Origin: a virus
DNA: 64,000 nucleotides
IMG/VR virus record: IMGVR_UViG_3300032087_005453
Span: 43,437 to 107,436 of that record
Direction: 5' to 3' (one strand)
Position 1 is the first letter of the stretch. The number at the start of each line of letters is the position of its first letter. The notes beneath the pieces were generated by a model. That model was not told where the DNA came from. It was given only the letters and a program-made list of their open reading frames with translations, and ran no database searches. Below, piece by piece: positions 39,547 through 50,094 of this stretch. A program made the position numbers and the translations under genes.

Positions 39547-39924
39547 TTAATCCACAAATAAAATAGAGGGGGCAGTTAGCCTACCAATTAAGTGTGGGGC
39601 TGTCTCAGGACTACCAGAAGATCCGCCCCCGGAATAAAGATCAGCGGGTGAGTCATCACCAAGTCCTCCCGTATCATATTCATATTTAATAGTCAGCTCA
39701 TTGGCTTCCTCGTCAACACTGGTAACAATATAGGTATATGTAGACAATATAGTACTTTCGGTTCCTGCACCAGCTTCGCGTGACTCTACAATTACCTTAT
39801 CGCCAATCCTAGCGTCGTATATGCTATCTATATAAGTTACAGTATAACTAGGTCCAGAACCAGTAACAGAGTCCACCGACACAGAAGATATGACTGTATA
39901 ATATGGCTGAAAAGAGTTAGACAT
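39547..39924 (-). CDS. Hypothetical protein (fibre-associated)
   Basis: Coupled to the fibre gene; S/T/Y/V-rich. Confidence 0.6.
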   Translation of the reverse strand: MSNSFQPYYTVISSVSVDSVTGSGPSYTVTYIDSIYDARIGDKVIVESREAGAGTESTILSTYTYIVTSVDEEANELTIKYEYDTGGLGDDSPADLYSGGGSSGSPETAPHLIGRLTAPSILFVD

Positions 39925-42900
39925 TATAAGTTGTATCCTACTACGAAACCGTCATAATTATTAGCAGAGGTGCAGATAAATCCGAACACATCCGTTTTAT
40001 TAGGAGTGGTTGTTAATGTTGGCGTAACACCTCCGGCCCATTTGATTGTATTAAACCAAGTCACAGTTCTGCTACCCGTTCCGTCTTGGGTAAGTCTAAT
40101 AATAAATTTTTGTCCAGCATCAGAATTTGAAAGAGCTAGAGTTCTATTTCCACCAAGAACAACAGTATGTGTGTTTGCTTCGTCTAGATCAAACGTAACG
40201 GTGGCACCATCCGTATTAGATTGTATTGGTGTTTTTATAGCTTTAGAAAATGTAGACCTTTGTGACATTGTAACTTCACCGTCACTAGCAATTGCTATAG
40301 CATCTGTGTCACTAGCAGAACCAATGTTTCCGGCATCTCCAACTATGAGATTAGCCATAGTAACGGTGCCAGTAGTTGTGTCATCAGCATTATTGACTAA
40401 GAAGGCATCGTCTACATTAACTGTAAGAGTATCCCCAGCCATTGCGGTGGTTGCGTTTGTGCCTCCAGCAATAGTAAGCGTGTCTCCGGGCGTTATACCT
40501 GTAGAACCACTATCTCCAGCAACCGTTGTGTCAGAAACAACAAAGTCTAGCGTTCCATCGCCGTCTTGATAAGTTACAGAAATACCAGTTTCAGTATTTC
40601 CTGTGACCATACCTCCAACAAAGTCTTCAACCTGTTCTTCGGTAAGTTGAGTGTTTGTGTCTGTAGCCGCAATCGTTATGGTATCGGTACTAGCGTTAGT
40701 TGTAATAGTTACGTTTGAACCGGCAGCAAAAGTCAAAGTATCGGTAGTAGTATCCGCTACAACATCTGATTGTCCAGCAACCGATATAGTCTTAAACGAA
40801 AACTCATTAGCCTCTCCACCACCACCACCACCGTTTACACCTGATCCATTGAAATATAAAACCCCACCAACATTGTACAAAGTATTAGTAGTAGAAGCTG
40901 GCGTTAAACTAGGAATAGTAACACCGCTGACAACAGTAATAGAGCCGCTTACAGAAACATCACCATTAACTGTTACGCCAGTAGCCGTTATAGTACCATC
41001 TACAGCAAGATGATCATGAACGCCTAAAGTATCAGCGGCAGCTCGATAAATGTATGTGTTTAAGGCTGCACCTTTTGTAGAGGTTGACTTAAATCCTATT
41101 TTTCCATCCTGCATCGCCGCAATGAGACCGGTTTTAGGATATATATCCAAATACCGACTATCATGCGTCATATGCATTAAAGCACAGCGATTAAATTCAA
41201 ATACACCATTACTATTGGTTGCTGTATTCTCTAAATACGGTAAATCACTAATAGATAAGTCATTTGAACTTCCAAAATAAAATCTATCAGCTTGTACGTA
41301 CCCACTAGAATAGATATTGCCTTCTGAATCAACATGAGCTAATCCACTACCGGTAGCATCTTGCCATTCTTGAAGATTAGCACTTTGTGCGGCAGCACCT
41401 TTAATTGTAATGCCAGCATCTGTTGCGGTTAATATCTTGACGCCTAATTGACCGTCCAAGTCAGCATTGCCACCACCAAATATAGACTTCTCTTCAACAG
41501 AATCCATAAAGAAGATTGGATTGGTTGACCCTGCATCTGGATAAAACACAAAGTCCATATCCTGATAAGACGGATTGAACTTTAATGCTCCGGTATCTCT
41601 TTTGGAGATTACATTTTCTCCAAGTATTTGAAGACCGCCTTCTGGTGCTCCATTACTTAAATACAGGTTGACGGTTTGAGATCCGGTAGTGTTTGAAACT
41701 CCTATATTTGATCCTGTACTACTATTTGCGTGTGTTACATATAGGTAAGTAGTAGAGGCTCCTTCATTGATATTGCTAATTATTCCATAGCTTGTACTTT
41801 CAGTAGCAAATCCTCCAGCTACAATTATATCGCCACTTGTTGTAAAGTTAGAAGTAGCCACGCTACCTCGCCCAATCACTGTTTCAAGGGTATCACTTTC
41901 TGCCGTCAAGTATCCAGAATCATTGTTAAGAAGACTAATATTGTCTCCAGATTGGATAACGGTAGCATCTATGTTGAATTCAGTACCGTCTAAAGATAAT
42001 CCAGTTCCGGCAGTATATGTAGTGTCTGTGTTTACCACAGTTTCCGTGGCGGTAGCGATTCCAGTAACGTGACCATTGCTGTCCAGAATAATGTCCTGGA
42101 TGTATGTCCGCCCAGAGTTATCTGAGGACGAAGCGGCAGAAATAGCTGGGTGTGCGGTCAGGTAGCCAGCATCGTTCGTTAAAATAGAGACATTGTCTCC
42201 AGACTGAACAACTGTGTTATCTACGTTGAATTCTGTGCCGTCTAGCAGAAGGCCAGTTCCGGCAGTATATGTAGTGTCAGTAACTGTTTCCGTTGCCGTG
42301 GCAATACCTGTGACATGACCATTGGAATCCAAGATAATGTCTTGAATATATGTTCTACCACTATTGTCTGAAGATGAAGCAGCACTAATTGTTGGATGAG
42401 CTGTTAAATATCCAGAATCATTCGATAAAAGAGAGACATTGTCGCCGGATTGGATAACAGTCTCGTCAACATTAAATTCAGTACCGTCAAGAGACAATCC
42501 CGTCCCTGCGGTATATGTGGTATCCGTAACTGTTTCAGTAGCTGTGGCAATACCCGTGACATGGCCGTTGGAGTCCAGAATAATATCCTGAATATAGGTT
42601 CTTCCAGAATTATCACTACTACCCGCCGCAGAAATTACAGGGTGTGCCGTAAGATACCCAGCGTCATTTACTGCTTTAGGTGTTAAAGCTTTATCTTGAT
42701 CTGAATTAATCGTGTTGGTCAGAATAGTAATACCAGACGCGGCAGTAGTTGCCGTCAAAGCGTTGAGAGTGACATCTCCGGTTACTCCACCACCAGATAA
42801 CCCACTTCCAGCATTTACGGCAGTAATATCACCACCGCCACCGCCACCGCCACCACTCCAAGGAACATTAACAACAAGATTGTCGCTAGCATCTACTTGA

Positions 42901-44777
42901 ACAGCATATGTTCTACTTGCTGTTGACGTTACACTTTCGGGAGCAGTTGTTTGAGTTGTAGCATTGACATTGGCATCAAATGTTGTACCGTTTAAAGTTA
43001 TACCAGTTCCAGCAGTATATGTAGTATCCGTAACTGTCTCCGTTGCCGTAGCAATACCAGTGACGTGACCATTAGAGTCCAAGATGATGTCCTGGATGTA
43101 TGTTCTACCACTATTGTCTGAAGACGAGGCGGCGGAAATAACCGGGTGTGCTGTTAGATAGCCAGCATCATTCGATAAAAAGGAGACATTATCACCAGAC
43201 TGAATAACAGTCTCGTCAATATTAAATTCAGTACCAGCGAGAGACAGTCCCGTCCCTGCGGTATATGTCGTATCTGTATTTACCACAGTTTCCGTGGCAA
43301 CCGCTATTCCGGTAACGTGCCCGTTGCTGTCCAGAATAATGTCCTGGATATAAGTACGACCAGAATTATCACTACTGCTAGCGGCAGAAATGACGGGGTG
43401 TACCGTTAAATACCCGGCATCATTGGCAAAATTACTTACATTATCACCAGAAACCTGAACTTCACTACCATTTATCAGCAGTGTTTGATTTCCACTATCA
43501 TACACAAAATTGCTAGTGGTTTGCATACCGCCAGCACTTGTGTCGGCAACGCTAGTAACAAAAGGAACCCCACTTACCGTAACAGCGGCTTCGGATTTCA
43601 GATCGCCGCCACCTAATTTTGTATTACCAACTTGTACTAAAACCATTCCATTATTTGGATGACTAATAATAACATGTCCAACTGTTACTTTGTAATTAGG
43701 TATTGTTGGAGCTGTTTCAGTAAAGGCACCGGATGTAGAAGCGTCAAGAAATATTTCAGCCCCTTCTGTTATGCCCGAAGTAGCTATACCTCTAACCAAA
43801 CCATAGGTTGTAACATATCCAAAGGAATTATCTTCAATATCATGTGTAGCTAAACCAATTATTTGAGCATTTGCATTTGAATCAGCAATGGCTAAGCAGA
43901 CAGTTGGTGCTTGACCTTGTGATCCATTGATTTTTACAACTTGACCGTTTGTAATGGTGCTACCAGTATTATTTCTTACTCTTAAAAATTCCTCTTGACC
44001 AAGTTGTAATGTTACGTCAGCTTCATCGTTGTATAAACTTAAAGTATGATTGTCTGAGTCATAAAACACAAGCCCTTCTGAATGTGCGGGCTGATCTCCA
44101 TTGGCAATTAAAGTAAAATCTAATATATCAAAAATGCCAGTAGTAGCAGTAATATTTCCGCTAGTGGTGATAGAATTTGTTGTGTTAGATCCGCGATCTG
44201 TTACTGTTTGTAAAGTATCACTTTCTGATGTAAGATATCCGGCGTCATTATTTAATAAGCTTATATTATCGCCAGACTGTACAACTGGGTCCGTGACATT
44301 AAATTCAGCTCCATCTAGAACGAGACCTGTTCCAGCGGTATATGTTAAACCTCCAATAGCAGACCCATTAAAGTAGAGAGATCCTCCTATGTTATACAAA
44401 GTATTAGAAGTTGAAGAAGGACTTCCAGTTGCCAGTATAACCCCAGAAGATCCAGCAACTACTTGATCATTTTCATCTTTATAGACAGACTTTTCTGATG
44501 GATATGCTATAAAGACATTGGAATTTCCAGATAAGCTGATCTTTGATCCGCCACTGCTACTGGATAAAACTGTATCTCTTGATAGACTATCAGAGCCATA
44601 TGTTCCAATACCAACTTCCCATCTTGGAGAGTTTTCTATTGTGTAAAATGTTTTTTGCCCGCTAGAAAGAACATTAGAAAATGCCTGAAAACCAGTTGCT
44701 GCACCGGCTAGCGTAACTGTTCCACTACCACTGGTTATACTGGTTTCTTTTACTCTGTTGTGTAAGAAAATCGTCAT
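39924..44777 (-). CDS. Long fibre protein (tail or head fibre) with internal repeats
   Basis: N-terminal RVKETSIT.G.GTVTL.GA..GFQ.F; five ~82-aa repeats; Gly hinges; C-terminal QDGTGSRTVTW...KWAGG..PTLT. Confidence 0.85.
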   Translation of the reverse strand: MTIFLHNRVKETSITSGSGTVTLAGAATGFQAFSNVLSSGQKTFYTIENSPRWEVGIGTYGSDSLSRDTVLSSSSGGSKISLSGNSNVFIAYPSEKSVYKDENDQVVAGSSGVILATGSPSSTSNTLYNIGGSLYFNGSAIGGLTYTAGTGLVLDGAEFNVTDPVVQSGDNISLLNNDAGYLTSESDTLQTVTDRGSNTTNSITTSGNITATTGIFDILDFTLIANGDQPAHSEGLVFYDSDNHTLSLYNDEADVTLQLGQEEFLRVRNNTGSTITNGQVVKINGSQGQAPTVCLAIADSNANAQIIGLATHDIEDNSFGYVTTYGLVRGIATSGITEGAEIFLDASTSGAFTETAPTIPNYKVTVGHVIISHPNNGMVLVQVGNTKLGGGDLKSEAAVTVSGVPFVTSVADTSAGGMQTTSNFVYDSGNQTLLINGSEVQVSGDNVSNFANDAGYLTVHPVISAASSSDNSGRTYIQDIILDSNGHVTGIAVATETVVNTDTTYTAGTGLSLAGTEFNIDETVIQSGDNVSFLSNDAGYLTAHPVISAASSSDNSGRTYIQDIILDSNGHVTGIATATETVTDTTYTAGTGITLNGTTFDANVNATTQTTAPESVTSTASRTYAVQVDASDNLVVNVPWSGGGGGGGGDITAVNAGSGLSGGGVTGDVTLNALTATTAASGITILTNTINSDQDKALTPKAVNDAGYLTAHPVISAAGSSDNSGRTYIQDIILDSNGHVTGIATATETVTDTTYTAGTGLSLDGTEFNVDETVIQSGDNVSLLSNDSGYLTAHPTISAASSSDNSGRTYIQDIILDSNGHVTGIATATETVTDTTYTAGTGLLLDGTEFNVDNTVVQSGDNVSILTNDAGYLTAHPAISAASSSDNSGRTYIQDIILDSNGHVTGIATATETVVNTDTTYTAGTGLSLDGTEFNIDATVIQSGDNISLLNNDSGYLTAESDTLETVIGRGSVATSNFTTSGDIIVAGGFATESTSYGIISNINEGASTTYLYVTHANSSTGSNIGVSNTTGSQTVNLYLSNGAPEGGLQILGENVISKRDTGALKFNPSYQDMDFVFYPDAGSTNPIFFMDSVEEKSIFGGGNADLDGQLGVKILTATDAGITIKGAAAQSANLQEWQDATGSGLAHVDSEGNIYSSGYVQADRFYFGSSNDLSISDLPYLENTATNSNGVFEFNRCALMHMTHDSRYLDIYPKTGLIAAMQDGKIGFKSTSTKGAALNTYIYRAAADTLGVHDHLAVDGTITATGVTVNGDVSVSGSITVVSGVTIPSLTPASTTNTLYNVGGVLYFNGSGVNGGGGGGEANEFSFKTISVAGQSDVVADTTTDTLTFAAGSNVTITTNASTDTITIAATDTNTQLTEEQVEDFVGGMVTGNTETGISVTYQDGDGTLDFVVSDTTVAGDSGSTGITPGDTLTIAGGTNATTAMAGDTLTVNVDDAFLVNNADDTTTGTVTMANLIVGDAGNIGSASDTDAIAIASDGEVTMSQRSTFSKAIKTPIQSNTDGATVTFDLDEANTHTVVLGGNRTLALSNSDAGQKFIIRLTQDGTGSRTVTWFNTIKWAGGVTPTLTTTPNKTDVFGFICTSANNYDGFVVGYNL
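41900..43445. repeat. Five ~246-bp coding repeats in the fibre gene (HP.ISAASSSDNSGRTYIQDIILDSNGHVTGIATATETV...TYTAGTG)
   Basis: Near-identical protein repeats with synonymous divergence; boundaries approximate. Confidence 0.85.
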
Positions 44778-44821
44778 ATTTCATCCCGCATATTGTTTTT
44801 TGGGTTTTTTGGTCTTTAGTA

Positions 44822-44829
44822 TATACTCC
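44822..44829 (-). promoter_or_regulatory. Putative late promoter GGAGTATA (fibre gene)
   Basis: Between the capsid terminator and the fibre ATG, where a new promoter is required. Confidence 0.6.
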
Positions 44830-44847
44830 TTATGGAGACTTTCTTGT

Positions 44848-44885
44848 AAAAAAATAAAAAAGGGGAGTGGAAAATCCACCCCCCT
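44848..44885 (-). terminator. Rho-independent terminator after the major capsid gene
   Basis: Minus strand AGGGGGGTGG-atttt-CCACTCCCCT followed by a long T-run. Confidence 0.85.
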
Positions 44886-44910
44886 CTCTACACTAGCTCT
44901 AATATAGTTC

Positions 44911-45921
44911 TTAGAAGCTACCCAGCAGAACACGACGATTATCCAGAACGCCAAATCCAACTTCAGCGAAACCGTACAGACCGGATCGTTGCTGACGATG
45001 AAGACCTGGATCTTCGAAAATAGTAACTTCTTGCTTGACTGGCATAACGAAGCTGTCGTTAGCAGACAGGTCAAGACCAACAACAAGTTCAACATCAGAA
45101 CTTGGACCAAAAGTACCACTCAGGCTATCTGTGTAGTAAGTTTGGTATTCTTGACCTTCGCCCAGTTCATCAAGAGCATGGATATTAACACCAAATACTC
45201 TTGAAACAGCACCAGCACCATCACCAGCAACATAGATTTCTCTACGACTGGTTTCGTCAAGCTGATCAATGCCCCAGTTTCTCATGTCTTCAACACCTTC
45301 TGGAGACATGTAAAGATCTGTAAGAGCACCACGCTTAACTGACGCACTGTTACCACCAGCATTACGACGCATTACAACCTTCAGCAGGCTAACAAGACGC
45401 TTGGTGAATTGACCAGCAGCAGCATCGGCATCGTAAACAAGAATGTTACGGTCAACACCCGCAGCAAGCAGTGTGTGCCACCCATCATCATTCATCTTCT
45501 TAACGAAACCGGCTTCAAGAACCTGAGTCGCACGGGCTACAACATCCCAGCGAGCTTCACGAGCATAACGAAGCAGCCAATCAATTGCGTTAGCAACTGT
45601 GTAGGTTGGAACCATCACATAGTCGCCCTCAACGGTACGCTCAGGAATACGACCGTGAGCAGGAGCAACATATGCGACGTGATCATTTTCCTCACCAGGA
45701 GAAAGAAGATCAAGTGGGAACTCAGTAGAGCTACCGGCTGGCATGGCAATTCTTTCATAAATGCTACCAGCAATATCTCCGACAAGAATACCTTCGCGGA
45801 GTGGAAGTTCGATGGCTTTGGCTAGTTCAGCCATAGCAGCACCTCTAATATTGCTATCATCAGAAGAAGTTCTGTGAAGCAATTCGATAAAATCTTCATC
45901 AGGTTTTGTTAAATATGACAT
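44911..45921 (-). CDS. Major capsid protein (HK97 fold)
   Basis: 336 aa after protease/scaffold and decoration genes; strong terminator; C-terminal G.YGFAEVGFGVLD.R. Confidence 0.85.
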   Translation of the reverse strand: MSYLTKPDEDFIELLHRTSSDDSNIRGAAMAELAKAIELPLREGILVGDIAGSIYERIAMPAGSSTEFPLDLLSPGEENDHVAYVAPAHGRIPERTVEGDYVMVPTYTVANAIDWLLRYAREARWDVVARATQVLEAGFVKKMNDDGWHTLLAAGVDRNILVYDADAAAGQFTKRLVSLLKVVMRRNAGGNSASVKRGALTDLYMSPEGVEDMRNWGIDQLDETSRREIYVAGDGAGAVSRVFGVNIHALDELGEGQEYQTYYTDSLSGTFGPSSDVELVVGLDLSANDSFVMPVKQEVTIFEDPGLHRQQRSGLYGFAEVGFGVLDNRRVLLGSF

Positions 45922-45951
45922 ATTATAGTTCTCCTATTTTTCTAGTCTTGA

Positions 45952-46404
45952 TTAAGGAAGGTTAATAGAAACTTTGGCGTAACCATCAGCATCCTTTGTA
46001 GAAAGGAAGCGACCAACGGCTGGAGCAGTACCATCTTGAGATCCAGAAATCTTACCAGAGTCTGCAAGATATGCAGTATCACCAGCAGATGGACTACCAC
46101 TAATTTGGTCAGTTACAACAAAACCTTTAGATAGAATAGTAACTTTACTACCCTGCTGAACTTCATCTTTGTGCCAGTTCAAGTGTTGACGAGTCTGATC
46201 GATATTAACAACATCGTTCAGAAGAACACCAAGAGCGACAGCACCAGAAGCTTCAGCGGCAACAGTGGCAACAGCAGAAGAGTTGTCCATCGCAGCACCA
46301 GAACCCTGAGTACTAACAGATACGACAACACCACGACTGGCTGTCTCATTCATAAAATAAGAAATGTCAGTGTCTAATTCGTGACGATCACCTTTAAGAG
46401 CCAT
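45952..46404 (-). CDS. Capsid decoration / cement protein
   Basis: 150 aa between scaffold and capsid; GVLLNDVV...G.VVTD.I.G.P.AGD.AYL...G. Confidence 0.65.
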   Translation of the reverse strand: MALKGDRHELDTDISYFMNETASRGVVVSVSTQGSGAAMDNSSAVATVAAEASGAVALGVLLNDVVNIDQTRQHLNWHKDEVQQGSKVTILSKGFVVTDQISGSPSAGDTAYLADSGKISGSQDGTAPAVGRFLSTKDADGYAKVSINLP

Positions 46405-46417
46405 TTTTCACCTCTAC

Positions 46418-47887
46418 TTATTTAAGATTTTTAGTTGACTTTAAAACAGACTTACGAAGCCATTGAGCCGCAGACGCAATAGCTGTATTCTCTACTTCTT
46501 CTTCAGGATTAGCCAAAGTAGCTTCGGAAACTTCCTCTACTTCATCTAGCTCAGAGGCATCAGCTTCTTCTTCTTCTTCTTCAACAACCTCTTCTTCTTT
46601 TTCTTGTGCTTTTGGGGCAGGAGCAGGAGCGGGAGCAGGAGCAGGCTTGTCTTTGTCTGCCATCAAAGCAACAACAGATTCGAACATTTCGTCAGAAGCT
46701 TCGGCGAAGTCAACAAGAATAGAATCGATTTCTTCAGCAGCTTTGCCTTTTTCTTTCAGCATAGCGGCACGTTTCATAGCTTTCATTTCTTTCATCATGG
46801 CAGAGTACTTTTCTTTCATGCCTTTTAGTTCTTCCTCTTTTTTCTCCATGTCGTGCTTAAAAGCTTCAGCTTCTTTTTGCATCTTTTCCTTGTCACCATG
46901 CATAGTCGCAGCAGAATCTTCCAATTCTTTGACTTTGACTTCAAGATCAGCTTTTTCGCTAAGAAGAGACTCATTAGCTGAAGTAAGTTCAGCAATCTGA
47001 GACTCGAAATTTTCTGTGATTTCAGATTTAGCCGCCTCAAACTCAGCAGTTAAATCTTCAATCTGCTTGGTATTATCACTCATTTCATGATTCTCCGTAG
47101 CAGTTAAAAAATTAACAAATTGTACAGATGCACTCGCATCAAAAGGATTGGTATCCTTGCTAAGAATAATACTTCTTGGATTAGCTGGCTTGGCGACTAA
47201 ACCTTTTCCGGAGAAGTAAAAACCCTTAAGAAGTCTTCCAATTTTATAACCTTGGTATTTGCCTTCACCACCATACGCACGTAGATGTTTTGTCAAGAAA
47301 GATGATTCTTCCGTTCGGGCCAATACTCTATTTTCATCATCTGGTCCAAGAATCGCATAATCAAAATCGCTAAAAATGCATTCCATAGATACGGACCATT
47401 CGCCAGCATCTATTCCATCACAGAGTTCTTGAACTCTTTCTCGCATTTGCGGATCAGACCAGGTTTTGTATATAACAGCACTTGTGACGATATCAATTTT
47501 TTCTGGCAGTGTGTCTTTTTCTTTGATCACATTACCTTCTTGATCCATGACCATAGAGGCGGTCATGTGGCCAATAATATCAGTATCATCATGCATATAA
47601 TTGAACTGTTTGTTTACAGGAGTGTTTCGAGCATCCCATAATTGATCAACAGCAAAAACGTCATCATTCTTATTCCATCCAGCAGATACTAACACAGAAT
47701 TCAGATAAAAGAGATCTTTCTGCTTTTCTGCATCTACGCCAACAAATGCTAAAGACTTTTTGATATTTTCTTCGTCTATATTCAACGCAGGATCTAAATC
47801 GATAATCTCACAATCAAAAGCGATAGAATTATCGTTTTCGATTTTTTCTTTTAAATTGTCATTGATTTCATATTCGTATATATGCAT
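46418..47887 (-). CDS. Prohead protease with C-terminal scaffold domain
   Basis: NKNDDVF, NYMH...IIGH, VSMEC, GLVAKPAN; acidic coiled-coil C-terminal half with (PA)n linker. Confidence 0.8.
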   Translation of the reverse strand: MHIYEYEINDNLKEKIENDNSIAFDCEIIDLDPALNIDEENIKKSLAFVGVDAEKQKDLFYLNSVLVSAGWNKNDDVFAVDQLWDARNTPVNKQFNYMHDDTDIIGHMTASMVMDQEGNVIKEKDTLPEKIDIVTSAVIYKTWSDPQMRERVQELCDGIDAGEWSVSMECIFSDFDYAILGPDDENRVLARTEESSFLTKHLRAYGGEGKYQGYKIGRLLKGFYFSGKGLVAKPANPRSIILSKDTNPFDASASVQFVNFLTATENHEMSDNTKQIEDLTAEFEAAKSEITENFESQIAELTSANESLLSEKADLEVKVKELEDSAATMHGDKEKMQKEAEAFKHDMEKKEEELKGMKEKYSAMMKEMKAMKRAAMLKEKGKAAEEIDSILVDFAEASDEMFESVVALMADKDKPAPAPAPAPAPKAQEKEEEVVEEEEEEADASELDEVEEVSEATLANPEEEVENTAIASAAQWLRKSVLKSTKNLK

Positions 47888-47907
47888 TTTTCTACCTTTC
47901 TAACAGG

Positions 47908-47916
47908 TACTACACC
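47908..47916 (-). promoter_or_regulatory. Putative late promoter GGTGTAGTA (protease-capsid operon)
   Basis: Intergenic variant of the motif. Confidence 0.45.
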
Positions 47917-47934
47917 ATAAACTAATTATTTATG

Positions 47935-50007
47935 TTATTTTTCGTTCAAAAAATTTAAAGAATATGATAGATTATTGATATGACGAAGTTCATCTATGTT
48001 TGGTTCACGACCAGACTGATCCATAAAGTCAGTAAAAATGCTGGCTTTTGTGGTCTTTTGGACTTCATTCGCCGTTGGATTTTCTTCCAAAACTTTTAGT
48101 ATTTTTTCTTCGTTTATTTTTTCGTGTGGAGACAAATTACACAGAACTCTAAACTTAATATCCTCTAGTTCTCTTAACTGAGCCTTGCTTAACTCTCTTA
48201 AATTTTTCTTGCCGTAATGAGCAAGTAGACCCGGATTGAGTATGTTAGAGATCTTCTTCTGTGCTTCTTGTGACCAAATCATAACTGAAGCTTTAGGTGT
48301 GGTCTTCGGCAAAACCCGCCGTTGCTTTCTTGGCTCGCTATCTTTTGTGAAAAGAGGACGACCACCTTGCGGATCTGGAGTTTGTTTAGTTTCTTCTTGC
48401 CGTTGAGGTTTTGGGGTTGTTTCCGGTTGGCTTACAACCTTTGTCTCAAGGTCAGTTACATCATCAATTCCAATATCACCTTTTTGTAAAGCAATCTTCT
48501 TGTATTCAGTATCAACATTGCCATTATGAAATGGATCAGCCTTGTATTGAGGCATTTGACCTCTTTCTCTTTTACGAGCTTCTGTTTTAACTCTTGACTC
48601 TTCGATTTCGTTGAGTTCACCAAATCTATCTCTTAGTGTTTCAACAGAGATGATGTCTCTATCGGCAAGTTGAATAAGTAAGTTTTTCTCAGAAGCTTCA
48701 TCAGACAGAATCATATTCTCAAAGTGCAAAGTAGCTGGAGAAGAAAACCCCATAGACTTTTGAATATACTCGATTTCTTTCTTCCAGAACTGCTCAAGCA
48801 ATGCACGCCCGTATTCCAGACGTTCAATCAAAGTCTTTAAAGAGATGAAGTTATTTGTAAATCCACCACTTTGTCCAGCTAATCCAGTTAGAGTCGGAGG
48901 AATACCAAGTCCAGCATAAATACTATTTAGAACAGGCTGGTATTTTTCTGTACCCAAGAATTTGTAGATCTGAGTATTGCTTTCTTTAAAATCGATTTCC
49001 GGACCCCATACAAGATCCATCGTTCCACCACCAACATTACTAGCGAGAATATTTCTCAGCTTGTCAATCGCACCTTTGTTTGGTAGAATCTTATGTTCAA
49101 GATTACCTAATCTCCATAATCTAATATTGGAGATAGCACCATCAAGAGCTGACATATCGGCCAATTTCATCTTTTCAAGCATAGTCACATCATCAATAAT
49201 GGCATTGATCATCGGACTTGCCCAAATATTCCAGTCGTCTTTCTTGTAGTAGAAGATTTCCAGAGAGTCAGAATCCAGAACAACCTTATTATCTCCAGTC
49301 TTTAATGCTTGCTTAACAGAGGTGGGAAGATTCTTTGAAAACTTAGGGTTCTTCTTGAACGAATCGCACAGGGTTTTAGCAAGACGCATTTTGTAGATCT
49401 TTTCTCCACTAAATGCACCAGCGTATCCACCTTCTACTTCAATAGATAAAGGATTGAGAAAATCATACCTAAAAGGCAGAGTCTTCTTTGTAACAGGCAT
49501 TTTCTTGATGTCCATCATATCCTGGGCTTTGGACATTTCCTGTTTTTGCTTCTTAGTGATCTTGCCGTATCTTTTGTATACGACTACGTTTCCGCAACGA
49601 TAGAGCATATTGAGGAATCGCTCAGATCGCTCAACGCCGTTGATTTTCGCCCACCATCTACGATAGAATCTTTGAATGCTTTTATTTTTGTGGTTGAGGC
49701 TAATACCTTGAGAAGCAAAGTCGCCCATCAAATCGATAATGTTCTTGATTATGCCAACTTTATCATATGCCTTCATACACATAGAAATAGACTGCTTGAA
49801 GCTACTTGCTGGCTCCTCGTGCGGTCTAAATCTATAATAATCATCCTTGACAAAATCAGTTCTTACTGATATATTAGGCTCAATATCTATGTACGAGCGA
49901 CGACTAGCTGTGGCACTCATAATACCATCATAGCTGTCGATATTTTTAGCGGCTTTGTCTAAATCTTCCGCAGTAGACCAATGAATGAAAGGAGATTTTT
50001 CTGACAT
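47935..50007 (-). CDS. Portal protein
   Basis: 690 aa between TerL and protease; IIKNIIDLMGDF...GNVVVY...I.AGLGIP..L. Confidence 0.85.
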   Translation of the reverse strand: MSEKSPFIHWSTAEDLDKAAKNIDSYDGIMSATASRRSYIDIEPNISVRTDFVKDDYYRFRPHEEPASSFKQSISMCMKAYDKVGIIKNIIDLMGDFASQGISLNHKNKSIQRFYRRWWAKINGVERSERFLNMLYRCGNVVVYKRYGKITKKQKQEMSKAQDMMDIKKMPVTKKTLPFRYDFLNPLSIEVEGGYAGAFSGEKIYKMRLAKTLCDSFKKNPKFSKNLPTSVKQALKTGDNKVVLDSDSLEIFYYKKDDWNIWASPMINAIIDDVTMLEKMKLADMSALDGAISNIRLWRLGNLEHKILPNKGAIDKLRNILASNVGGGTMDLVWGPEIDFKESNTQIYKFLGTEKYQPVLNSIYAGLGIPPTLTGLAGQSGGFTNNFISLKTLIERLEYGRALLEQFWKKEIEYIQKSMGFSSPATLHFENMILSDEASEKNLLIQLADRDIISVETLRDRFGELNEIEESRVKTEARKRERGQMPQYKADPFHNGNVDTEYKKIALQKGDIGIDDVTDLETKVVSQPETTPKPQRQEETKQTPDPQGGRPLFTKDSEPRKQRRVLPKTTPKASVMIWSQEAQKKISNILNPGLLAHYGKKNLRELSKAQLRELEDIKFRVLCNLSPHEKINEEKILKVLEENPTANEVQKTTKASIFTDFMDQSGREPNIDELRHINNLSYSLNFLNEK

Positions 50008-50060
50008 GGTTTTTCCTCAATTGGAATGTAATTGAATTGACAATCTAACTGTTACCAATC

Positions 50061-50068
50061 TATACACC
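50061..50068 (-). promoter_or_regulatory. Putative late promoter GGTGTATA (portal)
   Basis: Intergenic, upstream of portal ATG 50007. Confidence 0.55.
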
Positions 50069-50094
50069 ATAACAAGAGAAAAATAGTTTTTTAT

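Noticed and set aside
44781-45119. 112-aa ORF overlapping the capsid 3' end (possible frameshift extension)
   Set aside because: Runs through the terminator and promoter motif; no clear slippery site identified
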